From Pirellula staleyi DSM 6068 (GTDB lineage Bacteria > Planctomycetota > Planctomycetia > Pirellulales > Pirellulaceae): a DNA stretch of 32,000 bases. A model generated the notes under the pieces. That model searched no databases. It was not told the origin of the DNA and saw only the letters and a list, made by a program, of their open reading frames with translations. The DNA is taken from assembly GCA_000025185.1 (NCBI GenBank), contig CP001848.1, positions 3,240,001-3,272,000 on the forward strand, in the 5' to 3' direction. Below are positions 1 to 8,999 of this stretch, in pieces (position 1 is the first letter of the stretch; each line of letters starts with the position of its first letter). Both the position numbers and the translations under genes were made by a program.

Positions 1-2240
1 TCCTTTGGTCGCTCCGCGATTTCTTTTCGACCGAGAGCGATCGCCAGCTCATCGCCATCGCCGACATGCTCGTCTATCTGCAAATCGTCTTGCTCTTTCA
101 GGGTAAAACGCAGCGCATCTACTGGCAATTGCTCGTCCTCAGTTTGCTCCAAGTGGTGGTCGCTGCAGCTCTCAATCTCGGTCCGCAATTTGGTCTGCTA
201 CTGGCGGTTTATATCAGCATCGCGATCTCCGCCCTGGTGCTACTGTGCCTCCATCGCGAGTGCGTTCCTCCCGACTCGGTTCCCGCGACACCGATCGCGC
301 CGGCACAACCCAAGTCGGCAGGTCAACGACTGCTCGGTTCGCCGATTGCGAGTGAATATCGCTATTCACTCACGTCGCGATCGCTCCGCCATTGGCCCTC
401 GATGGTCTTTCGGCAAGTCGGTTTGCTGGCCTGTGCCACGATGGTTTTTGCGGTGATTTTCTTCTACGCCACTCCGCGTCTCGGGGAAGGTGCCTGGCAA
501 GGCCCTCGTGGACGACTCCATCGCGAAACAGGCTTCACCGCCGATGTGCGACTCGGCGAGAGTGGCCGTATCGAGCAGACCGATAATCTGGTGATGCGTG
601 TCGCACTCACGCGCTATTCCGATGGTCGGCCGTACACGCTGCTGGAAGAACCTTATTTCCACGGCATGGTGCTGACGCAATATCGCTCCGACCCGCTCGG
701 CGGAAGTCGCTGGATGACGTCGAAACGGTCTCCCGGGCAGCAGGAAAATTTCTCGGTCCACGTGAATCAGCCCCCTTCACCCACGGCGGTGGTGCGACAA
801 AGCATTGCGGTCGAAACACTCAGTTCCGACGTTGTTTTCGCTATTTTTCCGGTCCATCCACTCCCCGATACTCCGACCGAGCTGCGCTATAACCGCATCG
901 CAACGCGCTTGGTGCGTGGCCCAGCCGAGGATCTCGGCTCGATGCGCGAGTATCGCTATTCCATCGGCACGATGGCGCTGCGCGACGGGCGTCAGCTGAA
1001 GTGTCAGCCGCACGCTAATGCGCTCATCAAAGAGGCCGATCTCTTCCAGCTCGAGTACGAAAAGCAAAGCCTCAGTTCGTACGAAGAATCGAAGTTCGAG
1101 CGGCTGAAAAAATTCACCGATGATTTGATCGCCGAAAAGCAGCTCACCAGCAGTTCGACCCTCGAGCGAATCAAGGCGCTGGAGGCGCATTTTCTCGAGC
1201 CCGACGTCTATACCTACTCGCTCGAGATGACCCGTAAACGCGATCGCACGGTCGACCCGATCGAGGATTTCGTCCTGAATCACCGGACTGGCCACTGCGA
1301 GTATTTTGCGAGCGCACTGGCGATGATGCTGCGAACGCAAGGAATCCCCAGCCGCCTGGTGATTGGCTACAAGGGGGGCGAATTCAATTTTCTCGGGCAC
1401 TACTATCAAGTCCGTGGTAAGCACGCGCATGCTTGGGTCGAGGCCTATCTGCCGGCCGATGAAGTTCCCGATGGCGAGCTCGCCGGAACTCCGAGTCTAG
1501 GTGGCGCTTGGTATCGGCTCGATCCTACGCCCGGGATTTGGGGAGACGAACTTGCGCGGTCGCGCGATTCGCTCACCGATCGTGTGGGAGATGCGTTCGA
1601 CTATGTCGATCTACTCTGGCGCGACTATGTGCTCGGGCTCAATTCGTCGCGCCAAAAGGACTCGATCTACGATCCACTCACCGAACGTGCTTCCGGCAAC
1701 ATACCTGGCTGGGACGAAGCTTCGCGATTTTCCGCGACCATGAAAACCATCATGAAGCGGATCGGTGTGAATACCGAACCACGCCCCGAAGATGGCCGCC
1801 AATGGTTCGACTGGCGGACCGGCCTGCTGGTGGTCGGAACGATCTTTCTGCTGATCACCATTTCGCAGGTCGGCATGTTCGTTTCGAAATTCGTAGCGAC
1901 GACTCGCAGCAAAAAAATCGCTACTCGCAAGTCGGCCGATGTTCCCCAGTTCTATCGCCGCCTCGAGGCGGTGTTGGCGACGATCGGTTTTCGCCGCGCT
2001 CCGGCCGAAACCCCTCACGAAATGGCAACGTCGGCAGGCAGCAGCTTTGCCAAAGTCCCTTCGGGGGTAAGCATCGCTTCGCTTCCCGACGACGTCGTTC
2101 AGCTCTACTACCGCGTCCGCTTCGGGGGGATCCCTCTCTCGCCCGACGAGCAAAAGCGGGTCGATGAGGCGATTCAAACGCTGATCGCGGCCCTCAAGGA
2201 ACCGGCGCTCCGTGCGGGTGCCAAAAAAGTTCCTTCTTAA
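1..2240 (+). CDS. Transglutaminase-like (TgpA-type) integral membrane protein, 5' partial
   Basis: The frame is open from base 3 with no stop before the listed Met at 66, so the gene probably starts upstream of the window. The N-terminus has hydrophobic segments (LLVLSLLQVVVAAALNL, LLLAVYISIAISALVLLCL). A transglutaminase core Cys-His-Asp signature is visible: HRTGHCEYFASALAMMLRTQGIPSRLVIGYKGG ... HAWVEAYL ... WYRLDPTP. A further TM segment (LLVVGTIFLLITISQVGMF) follows the core. Confidence 0.8.
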   Translation, partial: LWSLRDFFSTESDRQLIAIADMLVYLQIVLLFQGKTQRIYWQLLVLSLLQVVVAAALNLGPQFGLLLAVYISIAISALVLLCLHRECVPPDSVPATPIAPAQPKSAGQRLLGSPIASEYRYSLTSRSLRHWPSMVFRQVGLLACATMVFAVIFFYATPRLGEGAWQGPRGRLHRETGFTADVRLGESGRIEQTDNLVMRVALTRYSDGRPYTLLEEPYFHGMVLTQYRSDPLGGSRWMTSKRSPGQQENFSVHVNQPPSPTAVVRQSIAVETLSSDVVFAIFPVHPLPDTPTELRYNRIATRLVRGPAEDLGSMREYRYSIGTMALRDGRQLKCQPHANALIKEADLFQLEYEKQSLSSYEESKFERLKKFTDDLIAEKQLTSSSTLERIKALEAHFLEPDVYTYSLEMTRKRDRTVDPIEDFVLNHRTGHCEYFASALAMMLRTQGIPSRLVIGYKGGEFNFLGHYYQVRGKHAHAWVEAYLPADEVPDGELAGTPSLGGAWYRLDPTPGIWGDELARSRDSLTDRVGDAFDYVDLLWRDYVLGLNSSRQKDSIYDPLTERASGNIPGWDEASRFSATMKTIMKRIGVNTEPRPEDGRQWFDWRTGLLVVGTIFLLITISQVGMFVSKFVATTRSKKIATRKSADVPQFYRRLEAVLATIGFRRAPAETPHEMATSAGSSFAKVPSGVSIASLPDDVVQLYYRVRFGGIPLSPDEQKRVDEAIQTLIAALKEPALRAGAKKVPS

Positions 2241-2462
2241 TTGCCTAAGCAGACAATCCTCGGCAAATTGCCTGCATTTCGGCCCGCTCGGCCTCGAATT
2301 CTTACTGGTCGAGATGCTGGCCGAGCTAGACCTCCGCAAGTGGGATGTCGATACGTATACTAGATGCCACGTTGGCCACCCGCGACAAGGCTGCGGAGCC
2401 CAGCTCGCGCTGCTCCGATCAGGTCTCCCCATTTCATCTTCCCACTGGCGCTTGAACTGCTG

Positions 2463-3482
2463 ATGTCTGCCGAGAACCCCATCGAGAACAGCCCCCTTTC
2501 CGACGAGGCCCTTGCGCTCGTCGAGAATACGGCGCGCTCGGCGAGCCACTCGCGACATTTCGTCAGCGGACTAGTGGGAAGCAAAGTGGTGCACGCTTCA
2601 GCGGTCGCGGCCATCATGGCCCTCTCGTCGCTCGAGTTCTTTTCGTACAGCCCGCCGCTCGGCCAAAGTGCGATCGAGATTTCATCAGCACCCAGCATGC
2701 CGTCGCAAGCCGCTGCTCAGTCGAGCGCGACGATTACCCCAGCCGAGCAAACTCCCGCTGAAGAGCCAGCAGCTGATCCGCGACCGGTCGAACTCGTCTC
2801 TCCCCCGCTCAGCGCCGAGGATATCCCGCTCGAAGAGCGCGCTCTACAAGCCCCCGCGCGGCTGGTGGCAGTGGTCGATCAAGGAGAGCTCGCGCCGAGC
2901 GAAAGCCAACTGCTAGAAGGTGAAATCGCACCCGCTTCGACTGCCGATGCCAGCGACCCGATGACAGCCGCAACTTCGCTCAGCCGCAGCACGCAAACAT
3001 CGGCCACCGATGTTCCTCCCACACCGCAGTCCCCCACAACCACATCACTGCCGCGCACCGCAGCGACCACGCCACCCACCGCCACGGCAGTGGTGATGCA
3101 GCTGCCCCAAAGTGTGACCGAGCCTGCAGCTTTGCCCAGCGAAACGGCGAGCACTCCCTCGGCAGCTTCCACAGCGGCGATGTCGGACCGAGGTAGCGAG
3201 CAAGCACCACTTCTGGTGAGTCTCTACTGTCCCGAGCCAAGCTATCCTCCCGAGCTCCTGGTGCGGCGCATCACCGCGACCGTGAAACTGCGACTGAAAA
3301 TTAGTGAGCAAGGCAACGTTGCGTCGGCCACCGTCGTGCAGTCGAGCGGCTATCCCGCGATGGACAAGGCGGCTGTCGATGCAGTTCTGAAGTGGCGTTT
3401 CGAACCTGCCCGCCGTCTAGGAATGGCAGTGGCAATCGACGTCATCAAGCCGTTTCGTTTCGAACCCAAAATCCAGGAATAG
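2463..3482 (+). CDS. TonB C-terminal domain protein (energy-transducer-like), with a Pro/Ala/Thr/Ser-rich linker
   Basis: The C-terminus reads EPSYPPELLVRRITATVKLRLKISEQGNVASATVVQSSGYPAMDKAAVDAVLKWRFEPA, the classic TonB_C pattern. It has an N-proximal TM segment (VVHASAVAAIMALSSL) and a long P/T/A/S-rich spacer. The ORF opens at 2364, but the MSAENPIE start at 2463 avoids an Arg/Pro-rich leader. The start is uncertain. Confidence 0.7.
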   Translation: MSAENPIENSPLSDEALALVENTARSASHSRHFVSGLVGSKVVHASAVAAIMALSSLEFFSYSPPLGQSAIEISSAPSMPSQAAAQSSATITPAEQTPAEEPAADPRPVELVSPPLSAEDIPLEERALQAPARLVAVVDQGELAPSESQLLEGEIAPASTADASDPMTAATSLSRSTQTSATDVPPTPQSPTTTSLPRTAATTPPTATAVVMQLPQSVTEPAALPSETASTPSAASTAAMSDRGSEQAPLLVSLYCPEPSYPPELLVRRITATVKLRLKISEQGNVASATVVQSSGYPAMDKAAVDAVLKWRFEPARRLGMAVAIDVIKPFRFEPKIQE

Positions 3483-3492
3483 TTTTCCTCTC

Positions 3493-3966
3493 ATGGCTGA
3501 TGATACGTTGGCGATTGAAGTGCTGCTCTTTACCGACGGGGCCTGCAGCGGCAATCCGGGCCCGGGAGGCTGGGCCTATATCCTGCGGCATGTGGCCAGC
3601 GGTAAGGAAAAAGAATGCTCCGGTGGAGAACTCGAAACCACCAACAATCGCATGGAATTGACGGCCGTGGTGGAAGGCCTGCGGGCCCTCACGCGCACCA
3701 CCGCAGTCGAAGTGCTGACCGACAGCGAGTATGTCCGTAAAGGAATGTCGGAATGGATGGCAGGCTGGAAACGGAACGGCTGGCAACGAAAAGAAAACGG
3801 TAAGCTCAAGCCGGTGAAGAATGTCGACCTCTGGAAACAGCTCGACGAGCTTGTCGCCAAGCATCAGCTGAAACTGACGCGCGTCGCTGGTCACAGCGGA
3901 CATCCTGAAAACGATCGCTGCGACGAACTCGCAGTCGCTGCCAGCTACGCTGTTCGAAACGCATAG
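3493..3966 (+). CDS. rnhA: Ribonuclease HI
   Basis: 157 aa. Motifs FTDGACSGNPGPGGWAYIL, NNRMELTAVVEGL, VLTDSEYVRKGMSEWMAGWKRNGW, KNVDLWKQLDEL and AGHSGHPENDRCDELA carry the RNase H type 1 catalytic D-E-D-D residues in the canonical spacing. Confidence 0.92.
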   Translation: MADDTLAIEVLLFTDGACSGNPGPGGWAYILRHVASGKEKECSGGELETTNNRMELTAVVEGLRALTRTTAVEVLTDSEYVRKGMSEWMAGWKRNGWQRKENGKLKPVKNVDLWKQLDELVAKHQLKLTRVAGHSGHPENDRCDELAVAASYAVRNA

Positions 3967-4026
3967 TCTGTCGCAAAACTTCGTCTGGCTCTCTCCGCTC
4001 TCCTCTTCCAAACGCAACTTTTCTCG

Positions 4027-5013
4027 GTGAGTATCTCGATGAACACCCGTTCCATCGCGACTTGGGTCGTGCTCTTACTCGCTACCTTTCCGCTAACACT
4101 TGCCGCCGAAGATTTATGGCTGGCGGTGGGCTACGGTGGCAGGCGGATGATCTCGACCGACGGTATCCGCTGGGAAATCACCGGAGAATGGGCGCAGCTG
4201 GGCGGCGACGACAGCAACAACCTGATGAGCGCCGTTTATGCCGAAGGGAAGTTCGTGGTTGTTGGTGGAGGTGGCGGTGGCAGCACTGGCGGTGGGCATA
4301 TCTTGGTCTCATCCGATGGCAAAGAGTGGACCGAGACCAAGCAAGACAAGTCGCGCATCAATCCGGTGGTGCATGGTGGCGGCCGATTTGTCGTCGGGAC
4401 TTCGTCGTATCCCAGCGGCAAGCTGATGTGGTCGGACGATGCCGAGACATGGCACGAAGGGGCTCCGATTCAGGCGAAAGGACTCACCCATTTTCGCCAC
4501 GGATGTTTTGGCAACGGCATCATGGTGCTCGTGGGCAATGGTAGCCAAAAACAAGAGGATGGGACGCAAAAACCGATCCACTGGGCCATCACCACCACCG
4601 ATGGAGAAACGATCAAGAGCGAGCGAGTCGACCTCGCTGCGCATGGCGAAATTGTGTTTGGTAAGGGCCGCTTCGTGATGCTGAGTCACGAGGGAGTGGT
4701 GCAGTCGACAGCCGACGGTGCAGAGTGGAAACTGCACGACGATTTATCGCGCGAGAAGTTTCGCTCGATCGTTTGGACCGGCAGTGAGTTCCTGCTGGTG
4801 CGCGGCGACGCCGCTTTGAAATCGAGCGATGCAGTCACCTGGGAAGCAGCCGCCGTAAAGTCGTTTTCCGACATCAAATGGAGCGATGGCAAACGCTTCA
4901 TCGCCAGTGGCTGGCCCGGCAAGATGCTTTTTTCGAGCGACGGCACAACCTGGGAGAAAGCACCTCCGATGACCGATAACGGCATCAATGTGGTGGTGCA
5001 CGCCAGCAAGTAA
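4027..5013 (+). CDS. Secreted beta-propeller-like protein with Asp-box-like (S-x-D-G-x-x-W) repeats
   Basis: Signal peptide (WVVLLLATFPLTLAAED). Motifs recur every ~45-50 aa: STDGIRWE, SSDGKEWTE, WSDDAETWHE, TTDGETI, TADGAEWK, SSDAVTWE, SSDGTTWEK. The listed start at 4027 is GTG; an ATG at 4039 (MNTRS) is an alternative. Confidence 0.65.
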   Translation: MSISMNTRSIATWVVLLLATFPLTLAAEDLWLAVGYGGRRMISTDGIRWEITGEWAQLGGDDSNNLMSAVYAEGKFVVVGGGGGGSTGGGHILVSSDGKEWTETKQDKSRINPVVHGGGRFVVGTSSYPSGKLMWSDDAETWHEGAPIQAKGLTHFRHGCFGNGIMVLVGNGSQKQEDGTQKPIHWAITTTDGETIKSERVDLAAHGEIVFGKGRFVMLSHEGVVQSTADGAEWKLHDDLSREKFRSIVWTGSEFLLVRGDAALKSSDAVTWEAAAVKSFSDIKWSDGKRFIASGWPGKMLFSSDGTTWEKAPPMTDNGINVVVHASK

Positions 5014-5024
5014 GTGGCCAGCAA

Positions 5025-6233
5025 TTACTGATTGTTCTGCGGCACGATGGCCGCGATCGGCTGAGGCATACTTTCGCGAGCCACCTCGGCCAGCACTTCA
5101 TCGATCGCCTGTGTATGCTCGCTTTGCAGCTGGGCTGCAATCGTCGCGTGCGACACATCCCCCGGCGTGCTCGAGGTCGAGACCTGCCGAATCGCCACTT
5201 CGTGCGTCACATCGACTGCCTGCTCGGCTGTCGGCGTGTCGAGCCAATTCAGCACATCGCTGGCGAGAAGTTCGGCCAGCGAATCGTCGATCAAACGGTC
5301 TTCGAGCTGCGCTTGACGATGCTCGGCGCGAAGTTCGAAGCTGGTTGGCTCGTGGTGGAAAGCAACGAAACCTGCGCTGCTGCGGGAAGCGAGCCAATCG
5401 GCAGACGAATCTTCAGCCGCGCTGCGCTGCGAGGCATACTCATCGTCGAGCGACGGTTTGCGTTTGCGAAGCAAATGGGTCGACGATTCCTCCTCCTCAT
5501 CGCTCTTGGCAGAGGTGGTGGTTTCGTCGTCTGGAGTTTCGGAATCGACTTCGCGTAGCTCGAGTTGGCTCGAACTCGAGTTCTCCTCGTTGTCGCCCAA
5601 AGAGTTCGAATTTCCCGCGAGATCTTGCTCCTGATTCTCGAGGAGCGAATCCCAGTCGACTTCGCCATAGCTCGACGTGACAACGCTGAATGTGTCGGTC
5701 GCCAAGTAGCTCGAATCGATCGCTTGTCGTACGGAATCTAAAAAGTTATCGAGCGTCGACCTATCCCCGGAATCACGCCAGTTTTGAACGATCGAACTAA
5801 GGTTCTCCGGAATCGTCACGCCTAGTTCTGGCAAGCTCGGCCGGCCCGTTCCGCCAGCTAGTCCTGATTCACTTAGTGGAAGATTGACGTGACTGGGATT
5901 GCTGCCGATATCGAGGGGAGCGCGACCACCGGAATCGATCATCACGATCCAGTGAGGGGGTGGTGGAGGTGCGCTATTGCCGCCGCGCGGGTCATGACGC
6001 ACATCCAAATGCTCGCGTCCCTCGCGCTGATGACGCTGAAGTTCGTTCGAGAAAAACTGATCGACGCGGGGCATCTCGGGGCCGGATGGTTCCAACGCTG
6101 AACCGAGATCAGCTCCGTAAAGCACTTGCCGAGACTCGAGTTTTTCGAAGGTTCCAACTGGACGTGCAGCGGGCGCAGTTCTCTCGACAGGTTGATTGTG
6201 TGGCGGCTTCGCTGCAAAGAAAAACCATGTCAT
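5025..6233 (-). CDS. Hypothetical acidic protein with an N-terminal LExR-type motif, translationally coupled to the upstream kinase gene
   Basis: 402-aa ORF. Its ATG (6233-6231) overlaps the kinase TGA (6232-6230) as ATGA. The N-terminus contains FEKLESRQVLYG. The rest is D/E/S-rich and low complexity, with no recognisable catalytic motif. Confidence 0.6.
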   Translation of the reverse strand: MTWFFFAAKPPHNQPVERTAPAARPVGTFEKLESRQVLYGADLGSALEPSGPEMPRVDQFFSNELQRHQREGREHLDVRHDPRGGNSAPPPPPHWIVMIDSGGRAPLDIGSNPSHVNLPLSESGLAGGTGRPSLPELGVTIPENLSSIVQNWRDSGDRSTLDNFLDSVRQAIDSSYLATDTFSVVTSSYGEVDWDSLLENQEQDLAGNSNSLGDNEENSSSSQLELREVDSETPDDETTTSAKSDEEEESSTHLLRKRKPSLDDEYASQRSAAEDSSADWLASRSSAGFVAFHHEPTSFELRAEHRQAQLEDRLIDDSLAELLASDVLNWLDTPTAEQAVDVTHEVAIRQVSTSSTPGDVSHATIAAQLQSEHTQAIDEVLAEVARESMPQPIAAIVPQNNQ

Positions 6234-8272
6234 GGGAGCGGCTCACTAGCTGAAAAAGAAGGCTCGGCAACGTCCATGGCCGCGGTGTCTTGCCAGCGCA
6301 GGGCCAGTTGCTGCTGCCGATCGCGAATCGATTGCATGGCGTCATACGCCTCGCTGCTGCGAGTTACTTTGCTCAGTGCATCATCGAGCAACATCGTCGC
6401 TCGAGCAAGTAGCGACTTGGCTGTCGCATGTTCGAATTGTTCGTGGGCCACGAGTGCGCGGCTCGCCAGCAAGCAGCTTAAGCTCACCTGGGCATCGGCG
6501 TTGTCAGGTAGCTCGTCAACGAGTTGCTCTTGCAGGGCGATAGCGCGGCCGAGATAGTCGGCGGCTGCCTGGTGCTCGAGCTGCTGACGATAGAGCAACC
6601 CTCGACGACCAAGCGCGGCAGCAAGCTCTTCGCGAGCCGCAAAACTCTGCTGCAATTGTGCCGACTGGGATTCGAGCAGCTTGATGTGCAGATCGCACGT
6701 TTCAGCAGCGGCGGTGAGGTTCCCCTGTTTCTGAAAGTTCAGCGTCACTGCAGCCAGCGAACTGCTGTTGCTTGCTGGCGACGATCCCGTCGTGGTTGAA
6801 GTTTCTGCTACGGCAGTAGCGTTTGCCTGGTCCGAGACTCCGCTGTGACTGGCACTGATGAGCATGCCGACCAGCGACACCGCAGCAACCAGCGTGATGG
6901 TGGCGGCGGTGGCGAGCAGCACTAGGCGTGTCCGATGAAGCGTCTTACGGCGTGCGGCTCGCTCGCCATTATCGAGCAGATTTCCCGAGGAAAACGAGCT
7001 TCCGCGGAGTAAGTCGGTGATCCAGCTGGTGCCCAGAATGGCGGCAGGAAGTGTGGCCGGAATCGGTTCCCCTTCGATCAGCCGCGCAAGATCGGCTGCG
7101 AAGTCGGAGGCGCTTGCGTAGCGCTCGTCGCGCTGATGTGCCATGGCCCGGCAAAGTACGAGCTCCACCTCGCGTGGAATTTCCGGACAGAGCTTTCGAA
7201 TTGAAACCGGTGGTCCACTCGCGATCTGCTGCAAGAGCTGCGAGCCGACGTAATCGGAATAAGCCGGGTGCAACGTGAGGAGTTCGTAGAGGGTTGCGCC
7301 GAGCGAGTAGATATCGGTACGATGATCGATACTTCCTGCGGTTCCGCGTGCTTGTTCGGGGCTCATGTAGCGCAGCGTGCCGACCAGATCGCCACTTTGC
7401 GTGAGGGACGAAACGTCGTGCAAACGTGCGAGACCAAAGTCGGTGATCCAGGTCTTTCCCCCTGGCTCGACCATCAAGTTCGAGGGCTTGATATCGCGAT
7501 GAATCACACCGGCGCGATGTGCAGCTGCGAGTGCATCAGCAGCGGCCAGACCGATCCGCAGGACTTGCTTGATGTAGTCGCTGAGGCTTGTGGCCAGTGG
7601 CACCAGACAACCATCGCTCCGCAGCGGTTCTGGGGAAGCAACGTACGAAGGTCGACGTGCTTCAACCCGCGCGGCACGCACCAGTTCGATGACTTCGTCG
7701 AGCGAGAGTCCTTCGACTAGATGCATCGCGTAGTAGTGCACGCCCGCGTCGTCGCCAACCATCAGCACCGGCACGATGTTGGGGTGCGCCAGCGCGGCCG
7801 CAGCGCGGGCTTCGTGCTGAAATCGGGCGATCATACGTGCGTCGAGCGACGATGTGATCGGTAGTAGTTTGAGCGCGACGCGTCGTGAAAGCGAGAGCTG
7901 TTTGGCCTCGTAAACAATTCCCATCCCACCGCGGCCAAGCTGACGAATCAGCTCGAAATCGCCGATGCGCATCGAGAGGCTGATGTCGAGCGGCGGTGTG
8001 GGAAGAATCGCTCCACTGCCCTGGCCGGCGGTTGCCAACTGCTGCAGCTGACCGAGGCTTTGGAGGTAGTGCGCTAGCGCCTCGCGCAGGTCGGGATGTT
8101 CGGCCAGCAGCGCGGCCTCGTCGAGTCTTTCTCCTTGCTCGAGGGCCGAGAGATAGCGATCGAGCAACTGCGTAAGTCGATCCTGCTGCTCGTCGGTGAG
8201 AGCCTCGAGCAGTGGCGAGTCGTCCAACGATGGGGGCGAGCCGGACGACAAACGGGATTGCTCAGAGATCAT
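6230..8272 (-). CDS. Receptor-type Ser/Thr protein kinase (Hanks type) with one TM segment and a C-terminal TPR-like helical domain
   Basis: Kinase motifs: GRGGMGIVYEAK (Gly loop), VALKLL (catalytic Lys), HRDIKPSNLMV, DFGLAR, YMSPEQ. TM segment LVLLATAATITLVAAVSLVGMLI is followed by a helical A/L/Q-rich domain. I prefer the start at 8272 (MISEQ) because it forms an ATGA overlap with the sigma-factor stop. The ORF track opens at 8317. Confidence 0.9.
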   Translation of the reverse strand: MISEQSRLSSGSPPSLDDSPLLEALTDEQQDRLTQLLDRYLSALEQGERLDEAALLAEHPDLREALAHYLQSLGQLQQLATAGQGSGAILPTPPLDISLSMRIGDFELIRQLGRGGMGIVYEAKQLSLSRRVALKLLPITSSLDARMIARFQHEARAAAALAHPNIVPVLMVGDDAGVHYYAMHLVEGLSLDEVIELVRAARVEARRPSYVASPEPLRSDGCLVPLATSLSDYIKQVLRIGLAAADALAAAHRAGVIHRDIKPSNLMVEPGGKTWITDFGLARLHDVSSLTQSGDLVGTLRYMSPEQARGTAGSIDHRTDIYSLGATLYELLTLHPAYSDYVGSQLLQQIASGPPVSIRKLCPEIPREVELVLCRAMAHQRDERYASASDFAADLARLIEGEPIPATLPAAILGTSWITDLLRGSSFSSGNLLDNGERAARRKTLHRTRLVLLATAATITLVAAVSLVGMLISASHSGVSDQANATAVAETSTTTGSSPASNSSSLAAVTLNFQKQGNLTAAAETCDLHIKLLESQSAQLQQSFAAREELAAALGRRGLLYRQQLEHQAAADYLGRAIALQEQLVDELPDNADAQVSLSCLLASRALVAHEQFEHATAKSLLARATMLLDDALSKVTRSSEAYDAMQSIRDRQQQLALRWQDTAAMDVAEPSFSASEPLP

Positions 8273-8913
8273 GTCGACTCCGTCCGTTGCCGAAATCGAT
8301 CCATCGCTCGCAGCCAAAGCATGCGTACCGCGCCTGCTTTGCGGTTCATGCGAATCGCAATCTCTTCAAACGCCAAGCCTTGCAAGTTGCGGAGCTGAAT
8401 CACTTCGCGATAGTCGGGCGGAAGCTGAGAAAGGCTCGCCTCGATGGCGTCGATCTCCTCGCGGCGATTCATCGGCGAACTGGGGGAGGGGCCACGGTCG
8501 ACCAACTGCCGCCCGAGTGCAGCTTGCGATCGATCGGCACTCCGGTCGCCCGCTTGCAGCGAGACTTCGCGGCGGATGTCGCGCCGTTTGGCAGCAACAT
8601 GTTTTTCGTAGTGATGATGCAGGCAGTGAATCAGCACTTGCCGGAGCCAACCGACGAGTTCGGCGGAGGTCGTCCCTTGGAACTGATGAAAGTCGCGCAC
8701 GGCGCCGAGCATCGCTTCCTGCACCAGATCGGAAGGACTGACGCGCCGCCGGAGCCGCGCATCGAGCTGGGAGCTGGCAAGCGTCATCAAATAGTTGCGA
8801 TACAGCTGAAGGAGCCCCCCCAGTTGATCGAGTTCGCCACGCCGACAACGGTCGAGTTGCAGCTGAGCGAATTGACTTTCGCTTCCGAGTGGAAGCCCAC
8901 CACTGGCTGTCAT
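8269..8913 (-). CDS. ECF-type RNA polymerase sigma factor (sigma-70 family, group 4)
   Basis: Region 2 pattern LLQLYRNYLMTLA ... DLVQEAMLGAVRDFHQFQG. Region 4 HTH reads LPPDYREVIQLRNLQGLAFEEIAIRMNRKAGAVRMLWLRAMDRFR. I prefer the ATG at 8913 because GGGAGA lies ~8 nt upstream. The ORF track opens at 8964. Confidence 0.85.
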   Translation of the reverse strand: MTASGGLPLGSESQFAQLQLDRCRRGELDQLGGLLQLYRNYLMTLASSQLDARLRRRVSPSDLVQEAMLGAVRDFHQFQGTTSAELVGWLRQVLIHCLHHHYEKHVAAKRRDIRREVSLQAGDRSADRSQAALGRQLVDRGPSPSSPMNRREEIDAIEASLSQLPPDYREVIQLRNLQGLAFEEIAIRMNRKAGAVRMLWLRAMDRFRQRTEST

Positions 8914-8999
8914 CGGAACATCTCCCTGGGGTAGGCGTGGCGCCGGAAAGCGGCAACTGCGCACCTACACCCTTTCACAGGACGAATCTTTTCGCTGGG

